A stretch of DNA of 40,861 bases from Reclinomonas americana ATCC 50394. Lineage: Eukaryota. The notes beneath the pieces are model-generated. The model was not told where the DNA came from. It saw nothing but the letters and a program-made list of their open reading frames with translations, and did no database searches. The number at the start of each line of letters is the position of its first letter. Within the stretch, counting starts at the first letter, position 1. The position numbers and the translations under genes are program-made. Of this stretch, positions 10,430 through 24,300 are shown piece by piece. The DNA lies in assembly GCA_048213135.1 (NCBI GenBank), contig PS015309.1, positions 1-40,861 on the forward strand, given 5' to 3'.

Positions 10430-13400
10430 TCAATTGGCGGTCTTCTCGCTGAGAACAGTGATAATCGCCTGCAACCGCCGCTCGAGTGGCGACGATGGCG
10501 CGAAACCCGGTGCAGCGGCTTGCAGGTGCAGCAGAATGTTCTCGCCCACCGGCTTTACGTGCGGCAGCACCGACTCGTCGGTCGGATCGAAAGCCTGTGC
10601 CGCCTGCAACAGCCACGATAGGCGCAGCTCGCAGTCCGCCGACGTTGCACTGATGAACAGCGCCAACTGCCACGAGAGACAAGTAATCAGCAACCACGGA
10701 TCAAACACACTCTCCCTCCCTCTCCCCTCTCCCCTTGCACTCACCTGTTGCATCAGTGACAGAATGATGCCGGCGGAGAGGCGGGGCCGCGCAGAGGACA
10801 AAACGTTGCGCACATCCAACAACTCGCACGCCTGCACCAGCAAGCGGATATCCTGGTAGCGCAGCACATTGACAAAGGCCTCCTCGTAGTTGCCGGCATC
10901 CAGCAGCGGTCGAATCGACGCCAGGGGCGAGACGGCTTCGGGAGCAGCCGCAGCCGCAGTCGTCGCCGGAGAAGCGCCACCGGCGGCGGCGATCGGCACC
11001 GAAGCCAGTGTGGCCTGCAACTCGGCCACTTGCCCTTGCAGTGAGCGAATGAGGGCGGCTTGCTCCGCAAACTCGCTGCGCGACGGCAGCTGCGACAGCG
11101 ACTGGCGGAACTCGGCCAACCACTCCTCCACTCGCGACTGCATGACACCACCGAGTGCCACGGAAATCTGCTGGAACATGGCGTTGACGACACGCTCAAA
11201 CTGCGGCAGCAGTGTGCTCTCGAGTGCGTTGCGGAACGTGTCGGCAAAGTCCATGGGCTCCGCCGAATGACGCGCCTCCAACTTGGCCATAGCGTGCGAC
11301 AGGCTCTGCTCCAACGGCTCCGTGACTGTACCACGCAGCTGCGCACACACGGCCTCCACCACTCGCGGCACGACACGACCCTTGGTCTGCTGTGAGATTT
11401 GCTCCACAATCACAGCCTCAATGTGCTCCGGCAAATCCTGATTGAGTGTCTCCGCCACCGAGCTGTGCAATCGCTGCAGGCTCTCGTTGATGTGCGCCAT
11501 TCGTTGATCGTGCTGTCGTTGCATCTCCGACCCTACAAGCAACACGGTATGTCAAACAACAACAATGTGACGCACGAGTATGCAAACTAGGAGAGAAAAG
11601 AAAACGCAACGGATCTCGTCGCGGTGTCGAGTCATGACACTCTCCACCGACGACAGCAGTCGCGACTCCAAGCGCGCGAATGCGTCCTCGTCCATTGGCG
11701 ATGGGGCGGACTTTGATATTGCACATGGATGAGAAAATGGAGGGCCCCGCGCAGCACAATGACACGTTCATCTCACCATGCGCTGCGATCCGGTAATCAG
11801 AGGCGATCCGCGGCCGTGCACAGGAGCCATGAATTGCATGTGTCCTGCAGCGTGTGAGCGTTCAGTACCACTGACTCCACACCAGCAACTGTGGAAGCAC
11901 ACTCACCGCCACCGACGCCACCGGCTGGTGTGTTGGCTGGAGTCGCAGAGGCGCGCAGATCGGAGGGCGTGGCGGGCGAGTTCACGGCGGACTGGAAACG
12001 AAGAACGCCCGGCGGGCTTTCCACACCATTGTCGCTGCTGGCAATCGACGAAGCCGACGTGCTGTTCTTGGCCTTTTTCGACAGCAAGGCCTCCAGCTGC
12101 GCAGCATCGATGCCTGGCAGATGGGGGCCTGCTGCTGCACACAAGCAAACAGAAAACCGTGCACTGTCATTCAGCAACACATTTTCTGGCACGCAGCANN
12201 NNNNNNNNNNNNNNNNNNNNNNNNNNNNNNNNNNNNNNNNNNNNNNNNNNNNNNNNNNNNNNNNNNNNNNNNNNNNNNNNNNNNNNNNNNNNNNNNNNNN
12301 NNNNNNNNNNNNNNNNNNNNNNNNNNNNNNNNNNNNNNNNNNNNNNNNNNNNNNNNNNNNNNNNNNNNNNNNNNNNNNNNNNNNNNNNNNNNNNNNNNNN
12401 NNNNNNNNNNNNNNNNNNNNNNNNNNNNNNNNNNNNNNNNNNNNNNNNNNNNNNNNNNNNNNNNNNNNNNNNNNNNNNNNNNNNNNNNNNNNNNNNCAGG
12501 CGACTGCGACATCATGGCAGACACGGCGGCAGAGGCCGCAGCCAGCGTCGCAGTGGGCACATTGGAGGCGGGACGAGGTGGCGGTGGCTTGACTGGATTC
12601 GCTGGCGCATCAGTGAGACCACGGAGGGCGGCTTCCAAATCGGCCATTCTCAACGCCCCGGCTGGTGGCGCTTCCGAAGCAGGTGCTGGCGCTGCTGGTG
12701 CGGGTGCCGCTGCTGGTGCTGCTGGTGCTGGTGCTGCTGGTGCTGCTGGTGCTGGTGCTGCTGGTGCTGCTGGTGCTGGTGCTGCTGGTGCTGGTGCTGC
12801 GCTCACTGTCGCGGGCGCTGGAGATTCTGGAGTGTCACACACAAATCGAGCATGAACATCAGGGCACGGACATGGCAGAGCGAGCAAAACAAAGAAAATC
12901 TCACCTGCACCAACGCCATCGTCGGCCGGCATGCATTGATGCGGCGCAAACATGTACACCTGCACCAACAGAAACAGACGGTAAACAATCACATTCATGT
13001 TGATGGTCGCCTTCTTTTCACTCTGTGCGGTGCGCGACGTACCTGAATCACGTCCGTGTTGACAGCATACAAGCACACTTGTGTGTTGTCGGGGTAGGCC
13101 TCCAGCCGCGCCACGCACGAAAGAATGGAGGTCTTCGTGGAGAACTGGCACAGGTGCCGCAAGACTGCACTCGACAAGCAACATTGAGTGATTCGTCAAT
13201 CGCACTTCCAGCCACTGCACTCCACTCCACCGACTTACCTCGGCTCCACGCGCCAACGTCGTTCTCGACTTGCGGAATTTGGTAGTTCACGACATAGAGC
13301 TCCTGACCCTTGATGTCGGCCACAAACAGGAACGGGGCGCTCGTGCAAGCGCACACGCGGTTGAGGAACTCGGTGGAGCTGGCACCGCCAAACCGCGCCG

Positions 13401-14602
13401 TCTGCACGCACTCCAGCGCACAAGGTGCATTCGGTCCCGGAGCCAATCGCCGCAACCGCCACACGCGCAACTCCACGTTGCGCTTGTCTCCCGTGACGAA
13501 CACATCGGGTGCCAAGAAATGCACCGAGAACAATCCGTCGTTCTTCGAGGAGATCGTGTCGGCCAGTCTGGCATACGAAGGCGCCTCGAACACGGTCACG
13601 TTGGCGTTCGAGTCGCCGCCCACCAGCAGACCACCGTCGGGCGACCACTCGAGAGCCACCACATTCTGCTCCACGACGTGAGCACAGCGGGGGTGACTAC
13701 AATTCACAAAGCAGGAAAACAAAACACACCGATGCAAACGTATGAATGCGGCGCTTGGTCACATCGTCCAGCACATTGTCACGACCGCGGTCGCCCAGCG
13801 TGCTCAGCCGCACCTCGTGCAGCGTGTGCTGGAAGTCGCAGCACACCAAGATATCGCTGTCGAGCGGATGCAACGCAAAGCGCGTCAGTGGCGCCGAACC
13901 ACCACGCAAGGTGCACATCAGACGACCACTGCCAAGCACATCATCATGATCAGTCAAGGACCAGCAAAAACCACGTCCGCGCTGCATGAAACAAACGACG
14001 CAACCCCAGTGCAGCGCTGACATTCGCCACCTCGATCACCTCGTGCACCGCCACCACACCACTGGCATCAATGGTCACCACGTACGCCACCATGAGCGAA
14101 TTCCGCGGTGCCGCCGCCACAATCTGCAAATCAATGATTGCCGCCTCACGATCGGCCAGCAACGTCTTTTGCGCTGTTCGCTTGTGCAGCACACGAATGC
14201 GGTTCTCTACATCACGAGTGTGAGTGGCTCCACTGCTGTCGGGTGGCGCGCGCACAGAGACAACTCAACTCTTGACCACGTAGCAAATGAAGTGTTCGGA
14301 GACGGCCACAATCTCGCCGAAAAAGTAGTTGGCTTCGGTGGAGGCGACTGCCACAGCGCGGGAGACCAGCTCAGGCAGTGCACTTCCACTGTCGGACGAG
14401 GAGAGCAGTGCGTGGCGACGCGGGATCTCACACGCCACCGACGACAGTGGAACACCGGCATACCGCGCCTCGACCGCGCTTCCTTCTCCTTCACTTCTGC
14501 GGTGCGCGAGAAGGCAAAGACAAGGGGGAAAGAGAGAGAGAGGGAGAGTGAGTGAGAGCGAGGGGAGAGAGAGAGCGAGGGCGCGGTGGACATGCGCTTC
14601 AT
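10430..14602 (-). CDS. EDC4: Enhancer of mRNA decapping 4 (Ge-1/VARICOSE)-like protein; spans a gap, start tentative
   Basis: The N-terminal WD40 region (GEIVAVSEHFICYVVK-KNRIRVLHKRTAQKTLL, ALEWSPDGGLLVGGDSNANVTVF) is followed by an A/P/S-rich linker and a helical region (FRNALESTLLPQFERVVNAMFQQI). The C-terminus resembles Ge-1 (LSAGIILSLMQQ|LA..LRLSWLLQAAQAFDPTDESVLPHV). Confidence 0.85.
12199..12496. other. Assembly gap inside the EDC4 linker
   Basis: Run of N. Confidence 1.
12681..12800 (-). repeat. Coding tandem repeat of (GCA/CCA)n encoding an (APAAP)n linker in EDC4
   Basis: gctggt/gctgctggt iterations on + strand, read as AAPAPAAPAPAAP on - strand. Confidence 0.85.
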
Positions 14603-14802
14603 TTCCGCGCCCACGCGCGCTCACACACACTCTCTCGCACACACAGGTGTGCATGTCGAGCGCAGGTCAAGTGTATGCATAGAGAGTGTGCATGTGTGGT
14701 GGGGTGGAACGCAACGATGAAGCCATGCGGATGAATGACGAACTTGCAAGGTGGGGGACAAGTCAGAGTCCTGTGCGCGAGCGGCTTCATCGTCAACTTT
14801 GC

Positions 14803-17577
14803 ATGTCAGGCGCTGGTGCAGTTGCTGCTGTTGCAGCTGGTGGTGGTGGTGCCAATGCGGCTGCCGCACCCGCAGTCAGCCCACTGAAGAAGATCCTTAT
14901 CCAGGCAGTGGTGCGTCTCTCACACACTGTCGCTCTTTCTCCACCACACACTCACCCTCGCACTTTGCACAACCACACCAGGTGATGATTGTCATGTACT
15001 TTGTGTTCCGCAACCTCTCAAAGCACGTGATGCCGTCGGTGCCGACGGTGGCGCCTGTCGACGACAATGCATCGCCGCTGTCGGGATTGATTCCCGTGCG
15101 CGTCGTCTCCGCCGATCGGCCCCTCCTAGTCACCACGCAAGCTGTCGACACTGATGATGATGATGGAGGCGGAGGGGGAGGAGGAGGAGGAGTAGTGGCG
15201 GAGAGTCACGTGCAGTTGCCGCCTGTGCCGCGACAGGGCATCAGTGCCAAGGCGCTGCGCAGTGTGCGGCCGCAGTGGGCGCCGTCGCAAAAGATGGTGT
15301 GCCGCGCACGGTGTTTCCTGTGTGTATGTGTGTATTAGGGTGTGCGCTTACATTGCGTGGGGTAGACGGTGCGAGTGTTCTTGTCGGTGGAGGAGGAGTT
15401 GTCGGACTTTTCCGAGCCGGCATGGGAGGTGGCGGGCTTGCGCATGTCGGCTGAGGATACGACAGTGTATGCACACAACATGACGCTGCCGGCGTCGCTG
15501 GTGCAGCACCTGATCGCCAACGGGACGGTGTATGCGCATGCCTTTGCGACTGCGCCTGGCGCGGAGATCAACCCGCGATCAGTCAACTTCAAGCCGTCGC
15601 TGTCGTACGGAATCGTCGTTCGTTGAGTTTCTCGCTCGCCTCCTCTTCTTCATCATCATCTTCTTCTTCTTCCTCTTCATGCACGTGGTGTGTGCTCACA
15701 TGGCAGCCACTCGACAGCGCTGAACCACTTTGAGGTGGTCAAGGCGAAACCCAAGACCCGCAACTTGCTGTTCGACGAGGCAACGCCGTCGGACGACACG
15801 ACGGCGACGCAAGACGTCGCCACAGTGGACACGGACGCAGAGTTCGAGGTGGATGTGCATGGCGAGCCACTGCCACCACCGCAGCAGTGGGTTTCGGTGT
15901 TCCATCCTATCATGGACCTGCAAATGATGGCCTCGCCGCTGACCATTGCACTCGCCGATCTCCCTCCGAACGCGCTGCGTCGTTGCGTCCCTTTTCACCT
16001 GTGTGATAATGCTACTTATTTACCCACACGTGGACGAACACAGAAATCACCTTTACCTCCAAGGGTAAGTACTACCCGCCGTTCTTCATCAACAACTTCT
16101 GGACCATGTCGGAGCAGAACATTCCGGTCAACGCCACCGTGGAGGAGCTGCCGCTGAACATGTCTTTCTCATTCACCACGGTGACCAAGTGGATGTTTAC
16201 GAATCAGATGGAGAACTCGCTGTCGATGCAGGAGAATCTCACCGCCATGTCCTCGAAAGACAAGGACGAGTACAAGGTGTGTGTGCATTGTGCGCTCTCC
16301 TCATCATCTCGCCTATGCGCCTCGCCAACCAGCACGGTGTGACAGCGCATTCTGTTGGAGACGAATCCGTGGTTGCTCGGTGTGACCGTGGTGGTCTCGA
16401 TTTTGCACATGGTCTTTGACTTTTTGGCGTTCAAGAACGGTGTGTGCACTGTGCATCCTTTGTCTCTCTTTGCTTCTTGACTCACTGGATAGGGTGGCAG
16501 ACATCATGTTCTGGAAGGACCGCAAGAGTCTGGAGGGGCTGTCGATACGCACTGTGCTGCTCAACGCCTTTTGCCAATTCGTCATCTTCCTGTACCTGCT
16601 CGACAACGAGACCTCACTGCTGATTCTGGCCTCGGCCGGCATCGGCGTTTTAATTGATGGGTGGAAGATCACCAAGGCCTGTAACGTGTCGGTACGGTGG
16701 GTGCTGGGTGGACGCATCCCAGTGCCGTCGTTCCGCGCCAAGGAGTCGTACGAAGACTCGGATACCGATAGGTTCGACAAGGAGGCCATGCGCAAGCTCG
16801 GCTATGTGCTGGCCATTCTGCTGTTCGGCTACAGCATCTACTCGGTGTTCACGAACGAATTCAAGGGCTGGTACTCGTTCGTGTTGTCGACTACTGTCGG
16901 CGCCATTTACGCGTTTGGTGAGTCCCTGTCTGTGAACCAGCTGCGAAACCTCTGTGTTACCAACAATCAATCCATGTCGCAGGCTTCGTGATGATGACAC
17001 CGCAGATCTGGATCAACTACCGCACCAAATCGGTGGCACACATGCCGTGGCGTACGCTGACATACAAGGCACTCAACACGTTTGTCGACGATCTCTTCGC
17101 GTTCATCATCAAGATGCCGACGCTGCATCGACTCAGTTGCTTCCGTGACGGTGTGCTGCGGTTCCTTGTCTGTTTTTTGTGCATACACGCTCACGAGTCA
17201 CTCACCGGGGCCACTCGTGACCACCAGACATTGTGTTCTTTATTCTCATGTGGCAGCGCTGGATCTACCGAGGTTTGTCGCAGTGTGTGTGTGTGTGGTG
17301 AAATTTGGAGCAGCAGAGTGGTGAATTGGTGATTGTGCGTGCAGTGGACCCGAAGCGTGCCAACGAATACGGACAGCGTCTCATTGACGAACAGGCGGTG
17401 GTACCAGCAGGCGGCGATGCAGCCTCTGCCGACCAACAACAACCGGTGCAACAGGAACCGGCCAGCCCGTCGTCTGCTGCAGGTGCGATTGCGGAGAAGG
17501 TCACATCCAGTCAGCAGCAGCAGAAGCCAAAGGACAAGGGTCAGCGCGGAGAGCAGTCAGTGAGACAACGCAAGTAA
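14803..17577 (+). CDS. CLPTM1: CLPTM1-family multi-pass membrane protein (putative lipid scramblase family)
   Basis: Motifs NGTVYAHAF, KPKTRNLL, YYPPFFINNFW, RILLETNPWLLGVTVVVSILHMVFDFLAFKND-IMFWKDRKSLEGLSIRTV, GFVMMTPQIWINYRTKSVAHMPWRTLTYKALNTFVDDLFAFIIKMPTLHRLSCFRD and QRWIYR-VDPKRANEYG. TAA ends at 17577. CLPTM1 versus CLPTM1L is not resolved. Confidence 0.93.
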
Positions 17578-17681
17578 GCCGTGACGTAGTTTCGTTTAGA
17601 GAGTGTGCCGGAAAGGAAAAGAGAATCATCATCATCATTACAACACACATTCATTGCTAGTCCACAAGAAAAAAACATTAG

Positions 17682-18342
17682 TTATTGCACACGTGCATTC
17701 GCGTGAGCGGCAAGCATCTGCTCCATCATTAACCGCGTCTCCTGGAGCAACCGCTGTTGCTCACGTAATGCCTCCTCCACCTGCCGCCTCTGCTGCACAA
17801 GTTCGGCCGCTTGTCGCGTCAGCTCCTCACGTTGTGTGCGCATCTCCTCACGCTGCACTCTCAACTCCTCCTCCTGACGCTGCCGCTCCGCCCGCGCCTC
17901 GGCCGCCTCGGTGCGCAGTTGCTTGATCTCCACGTCCTGCTCGCGCATCGCTTGCACAATGATGGTGGTCATGCGACTGTAGTCGACGAGCTTGTAGAAC
18001 GAGCCGTCGCGCTTGTTGGCGCGCAATATGAGTTCCGGGAACTCCATTTCGACCTCCTGAGCAACAAAGCCGAGATCAAGGCCCTTGTAGCCGTCTTTCT
18101 CGGCCTCGCTGTTCCAGCGATAGCGCACACTGCGTAGGCCGAGCAGGCGATCGCGCACCGGTTCCATCGGCACAATGTCCTCTTTCTGTGCGCGTAGCGA
18201 ACACAGCACAAGAAAATGAGTGCATTATAGCAGCAATCGAGGCGAAACACAGATGGCGAACCAGTCTCATATCCGACGGCGCGCCGAGTTGGATCGGGAA
18301 ATCAGTGCACGAGGATGTGATCCAACGCGGAGAGGTGCCACT
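17682..18342 (-). other. Peptidase S74 / intramolecular chaperone autoprocessing (ICA) domain, last two exons (18262-18342 and 17682-18185)
   Basis: The S-D-x-R-L-K motif has Ser at 18274-18276 and Lys at 18183-18185, with intron 18186-18261 between L and K. It is followed by Y-x-W, G-F-V-A-Q-E-V, F-P-E-L and V-D-Y, then a long coiled coil. Confidence 0.92.
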
Positions 18343-21300
18343 CTGTAGCAGTGCATGGACATGAACAAAGGTGATGGATTGACGTGCGAGGGAAACGGCA
18401 CGCAACTGCGTACAGAAGATTGTACGACGCATTGCATCCGGGATTCGCCGATAGCACGTACAGACCGTTGCGGAAGAAGACCGTATTGACTGTGCACAAC
18501 GAGGGGTGAGGCACGAATACGGTAGCTGGCGACAGTACGTTGCCAGTGCACTCAACTAGTTGCGGCGCCCGTGAATGTGCTGGTGGTCGTCACGCTCAGC
18601 GACGTGCCGACAGAGACCGAGGTGGCGACCGTCAGCGACGAGTTTAGCGTTGTCGCGTTGGTCACTGTGAGAGTGTCGCCAACGGAGACAGCGCCGCCGA
18701 CAGTGAGACTGGAGGTACCGAGGATGCTGACATTGCCGCGCAGGTTGATGATTGGCGAAAACACAGTGGTTGAACTGAGCGCGCCAATGTTGCCGATGCG
18801 CACATTGAAGGAGCTGGTGTTGGTACCGAGGTTCACGTTGGCGTTGCCACCTTCGCCCGCCAACAGTGACCTGTGCGACAGCACAGAGCCAGTCAGTTGC
18901 CATACACACACTCTCACACTCGTCCCGCAAACATGGTGAACGCACAGATCGCCGCCGTTTGCCGCGTTGCCGTCACCGGCTTTCAGTTCGACATTCATGC
19001 CACTGACACCGGTGCTGGAGGCAGCGTAGCCTCGAATGCTGAACACGCCGGTGAAGTTTGGCACGCCCAGAATAATGTACTTGTTGGAGGGGTCTCCGCG
19101 ATCTAGTGACCAAATAAATGTGTGTGAGAGGCCAGCAGAGGAACAATTCTGTGTGGTCGGTCGCGCGGACGCAACTGGCATCGATGTAGATGCGGAGTGC
19201 AATGTCAAACGTGAGCTCAATGTCGGAGCGCACGATATTCGTACGCACGCCACCGACAGCATACTGCGCGGACATTGCGTCAGTTGGGCACAGCACGGAA
19301 CGTGGAGGAAGGACACACTGTCGAAAACGCAACTGTCTCGCCAGAGGTGGTGAGACCGCCATTGATCTGTGCTGACTGCTCGCACAGCAGCTGTGCGAGT
19401 AAACAAGGCATACTCAGTCTCACTAATAACCATGTGTGTGCATGAGAAAAAAACGCACAAGATTGCGAATGGCAGTCGACGTGCCGATACCGGGACTGCC
19501 GACAACGACGCCGGTGGAGGCACCGCCGAGAAGCAGAGTCTGTCGACAAGGTGAGTATGACGGCGCGAAAGAAACAGGGCGGAGAGGAATACGGCAGACA
19601 AGACTCACCGACGCCGTGTCGAGCGTAATGGTGGATGCGCTCTTCAGCAACACACTGGACGCCGTGCTTTGGATTTGCACGGCGTTCGCCACGGTGGCAG
19701 TCAACGACACCATGGTGAACACAGACAAGCCACTCTCGATGGTGATCTGCAATGCCGGTCAGTAACTGGCGTGCGTGTGTGCCACAAATGAAACGAAAAC
19801 TCGCTCGTACCGAGCCGCGAGTGGACCCAGTAGGGCCGGTTGATAGCACTAGATCGCCACCGGTGACGGCTCCCGCGCCAGCGTCGTGAATGGCGCTCTC
19901 AATACGAAGCAGCGGTGGGGATGTTGGCGCCGCCATACGATACACCGACGTGTGTCGGATAGTGGTCGTGGTGTCTGAAGCAGCAGCACACCACCGCATG
20001 TCATTTTCGTCGTCCAAACGGGTAGCACACACCGACTTTGTACTCGCATACCTTGACGACCAACGCGGAAGACATTGTCGATACCGCGCACAGGACTCGT
20101 GGTGGACAGCTCCAGCGGCGAATTCCACTGCGTGAGAGAGAGAGTGTGTAAGTCACCAGTGAAACGAGATGCCGTGGCACTGATCCCACACTTGCGCACC
20201 ACCACATTCGAAGCCGTGACAGTCACAGGCGCAGCACTGTTGCCGATGCTGAGGCTGGCAGTCTGTGTGACACCCATGATGACGGCGCCATTACCGCTGC
20301 TGCCGGAGCCGCCACGCAGGACTCTGCATAAGCACGCCGTGAGTGATTCAAATCATAGTGTGGCTTGATGAGCACCTCCGCGCCACTCACAAGTCGCCAC
20401 CGGCGCCGCCTGTCGTCTGCTGGCCCTGCATCACAAACGGACTCGGCGATCCGGCAATATCCGACGGCGACAACGTGAGGGTCGTTGTCGGTGTGCCGAG
20501 ATCGTAGCCAAAGAAGAAGCGCCCAGCCGTGGCAATGATGCTCACAGTCGTCGCACTGAAGATGGTGGTGGTCTTCAGCTGAGTCGTCAGGGTCATGTCC
20601 TGCTGCACGGTCAACTGCACACGAGGAGCGAGAATCCTCCGACGTGAGAAGAGCAACCCGGTGAGGCGTGCGGGGACTGCAATAACGACAAACCGGTCCC
20701 TGGATGGTGGTGGGCTTGCCGGTCGCAGCAATGGTGATGCCGGTGAGCGACGCGTCGAGTGTGCCGATGGTGATTTGCGTGGCATCCAGTCTCAGAGTGT
20801 TACCAGTGATGCTTACTGTCTTGGCGTCCACCGAGATCTGTCCGCCACCACCAGGGCACCACGATGAGCTGACCGGGAGGGGGCACAAAAATGAATGGAT
20901 TGCGTGCAGACGCACCAAATCGGTGGTTCGTGTGGACGAGCCGAGGTACAGATTACGGCTGGTGCCTTGACCAGGGGCGATGCGAAGCGCAATGGCAGGC
21001 AATCTGCGAGGCCATGAAGCACAATACAAGGCGCCAATCAGTGCGGAATCAGAAGAAATGAGAGCAACGCCCCAGACGCACGCTACAGCGTTGTCAATGG
21101 TAAACAGATTGACTAGCGAGGTGGAGCTCGGAGTCCCCTGCAGCCGCACAGTGTCGACGGGTGCCGCAATGCCACCAATGACGGTGGCGGCTCCACCGAT
21201 GCTGAGACCGCCGGCCAGCTGAGCAGCAATGCAACAAGTCAACACAAGCAGCAGCGTTCACCAGCTTGACGATCCACATCACATACGCACCGTGGTGGTG

Positions 21301-24300
21301 CCGGAAACAGAGAGAGTTTGCTGCATGGATACGGCGCCCTGCACCACCACCGGAGTACTGGCGGCACCCAGGTAGACGGACGCCGAGCCTGCACTGCCAA
21401 TCCACACCGCGCCAGGTGCGCCGCCCGCACCGGCACTCCCACCATCAACAAGCCTACAAAAAAATTGTGACCGATCAACAACAGGCCACAAGCATTGCAA
21501 TTGGTGGTAGTGTGAGGTGGACGCAACACGTCGCCGCCATTCTTCATGGCTTCCGCAGTGGTCTGGCCGATCAGCTGCAGACTGACACCATTGTCCAGAG
21601 CACGAGACGCCAGTTGCATCACAAACGGAGTGGTACCCGGTTGCACAAGCGACAGCAGTCCGCTGGCCGGTGCAACACTAATGGCGCCAGCCGCACTCGA
21701 CAGTGTACTCATCTGCACTGTGGTGGCGCTAACAGAAGGCGCAGTCAACAGGCCGGTCGACACAGTCAGATTTTGTGTGACCACCATCTACATGAGGTGT
21801 GTGAGAGAGCACGTCGATGGCGACGACGAGCATCGACGACGCAACATCGCCAAGCGCGCGCACGAGATTGGTCGTGGTACCGAGTCGGACCTCCGAGCTC
21901 GCTGCCGGGCCGTTCGCCTGCACCACAAAGTGGCCGGTGCTGGTCGACAGCGTCACAGTGTTCTGCACTGTCGCAGTCAACGAGCGCGACGTCAGAGTGA
22001 TCTGTTTTGCCAGGCAGCTGTCAGTGTCACGTCAACAACAAAGTACAAAGCAGAAACTCCCAAACCCCATTGGTGCGGAATCCGGCAGCGCCAATCGTGA
22101 TGCTTCCGTCGACCGTGTTGGCACTGCTTTGACCGGCTGTGCAGTGCAGATTGAAGAAATAATGAGCACAGCAGCGACAGCACAGCCATCGGCAAGATAA
22201 CTCACCCTCGATGAGCAGGTCACCGCCAGTGCCGCCAGTCGCACCACGGCGAATGGTGAACGGCGTGCCAATGGCATTGTTGCCGAACTCCACGGCGTTG
22301 ATGCTGGACTGCACTTGGCCTGTGGTGAGGGCCAGTGTACCAACAGTGGCCGTTGATGTTACGCTCAGCACGCCTGTGGTCACCGTCGCACTGAAACTGG
22401 CGGTTCCGGCAATGGTCACGCTCGACGAAGCGTTGCCGATGGTCACATTGCCACGCGTTGTGCCTGTACACGAGACGGGCAGAAGAGGAGGAGGAGGAAG
22501 AGGGATGTTTGTACGCATGTCGAACGAATGACACGACACGCACACGAAGGCGAATCCTTCCTTACCAATCAGTGTCTGGCCGGCACCACCCGGTCCCGTG
22601 CCCGGATCCACCACACTGTCCGTCGAGTGAGTTGGTGGCCCACCATCATTTTTGCAGTGCAGCAAGGAGTGTCAGGGAACGCAACATGTTGCCACCGGCA
22701 CCACTGGCTGCAACCTGGCCAACGACAGAGAGAGAGAACGCTGCGCCAGTGGCGTCGGGACGCGTCAGAGTGAATGTTGCTGCAGTACCACCCAGTCTGC
22801 GCAACGCAAACAGTGAGGGAGGGGACGAGTAGACTGGCTGGGTGTACGACAATGGGCCAGAAGAGCAGAACCTCATGATGCCCGAGGCCGCAGAAATGGA
22901 CAGATCACCCGACGTGGTGGTAACGCTGCCGGTGCGCACGCCGCTGCTCAGTGTGGCCAGACCAGCAACAGTGAGCGTTCCAGTGGTCACAGTGACATTT
23001 CCCGCAATGGTGGCAGTGGTGCCAACGGATATCGATCGGGAGAACGTCGACTGTGACGTGAGAGAGGACGTGTCAAAAAAGCACAATCACGGTCGCAGTC
23101 AAGCGCAACCACGACTCACCGCCGAGTTCACAAGCAGATTGGTGGTGGCGGTGCCGACCTCCACATCGGCAGTCGACCCGGTACCAATGTTGATCTTGAC
23201 GGCACCAAACACATTGACAGTCTGACCGCGCATTGTCACCTGCACAGAAGCAAGTGTCAGTGCGTGTTTGTGCACGAGAAAGCATCATTTTTGCGCACCT
23301 GCTGAGCAGCATCATCGCCGACTGTGAGGAGTCCATTGGCTACGCTCGCGCTGTTGCGGCCACCACGAATGGTGATGCTGCCGCCGATCGTGGAACCATC
23401 ACCGCCAGCAACAACAACATCGCCGCCGGCGCCGCTGGCCACCGTCGCTCCCATCAACCACAACGGTCCAGGAGACCCCGACGATGCAGGGGCACGCTGC
23501 AAGCGGAAAGTGCTCGAGTCCGGATCACCAAACAGGAGCGACTGAGTGGTGGCCGAGGGCGAGATGAGGACAGTCGAGCCGGCGGACAACACCACGTTGC
23601 CCGTCACTCGCAACACGGGCGACGACACAAGAACGCGAGTGGTCGTGGACTTGCCCAACTCCACTTCGGATGACGTGAGCGTGCCGACACGCACTGCACC
23701 CTCCAGTNNNNNNNNNNNNNNNNNNNNNNNNNNNNNNNNNNNNNNNNNNNNNNNNNNNNNNNNNNNNNNNNNNNNNNNNNNNNNNNNNNNNNNNNNNNNN
23801 NNNNNNNNNNNNNNNNNNNNNNNNNNNNNNNNNNNNNNNNNNNNNNNNNNNNNNNNNNNNNNNNNNNNNNNNNNNNNNNNNNNNNNNNNNNNNNNNNNNN
23901 NNNNNNNNNNNNNNNNNNNNNNNNNNNNNNNNNNNNNNNNNNNNNNNNNNNNNNNNNNNNNNNNNNNNNNNNNNNNNNNNNNNNNNNNNNNNNNNNNNNN
24001 NNNNNNNNNNNNNNNNNNNNNNNNNNNNNNNNNNNNNNNNNNNNNNNNNNNNNNNNNNNNNNNNNNNNNNNNNNNNNNNNNNNNNNNNNNNNNNNNNNNN
24101 NNNNNNNNNNNNNNNNNNNNNNNNNNNNNNNNNNNNNNNNNNNNNNNNNNNNNNNNNNNNNNNNNNNNNNNNNNNNNNNNNNNNNNNNNNNNNNNNNNNN
24201 NNNNNNNNNNNNNNNNNNNNNNNNNNNNNNNNNNNNNNNNNNNNNNNNNNNNNNNNNNNNNNNNNNNNNNNNNNNNNNNNNNNNNNNNNNNNNNNNNNNN

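Noticed and set aside
17682-18342. MYRF/MrfA transcription factor
   Set aside because: It shares only the ICA domain. No Ndt80-like DNA-binding domain or downstream TM helix is visible.
18552-18556. Apparent in-frame TGA ending the fibre ORF just before the S74 domain (readthrough, Sec or recoding?)
   Set aside because: The TGA lies inside a GTTGAG donor, and splicing restores the frame (T-I-NTVFF). Other apparent internal stops I examined also fall in introns, so no code change is needed.
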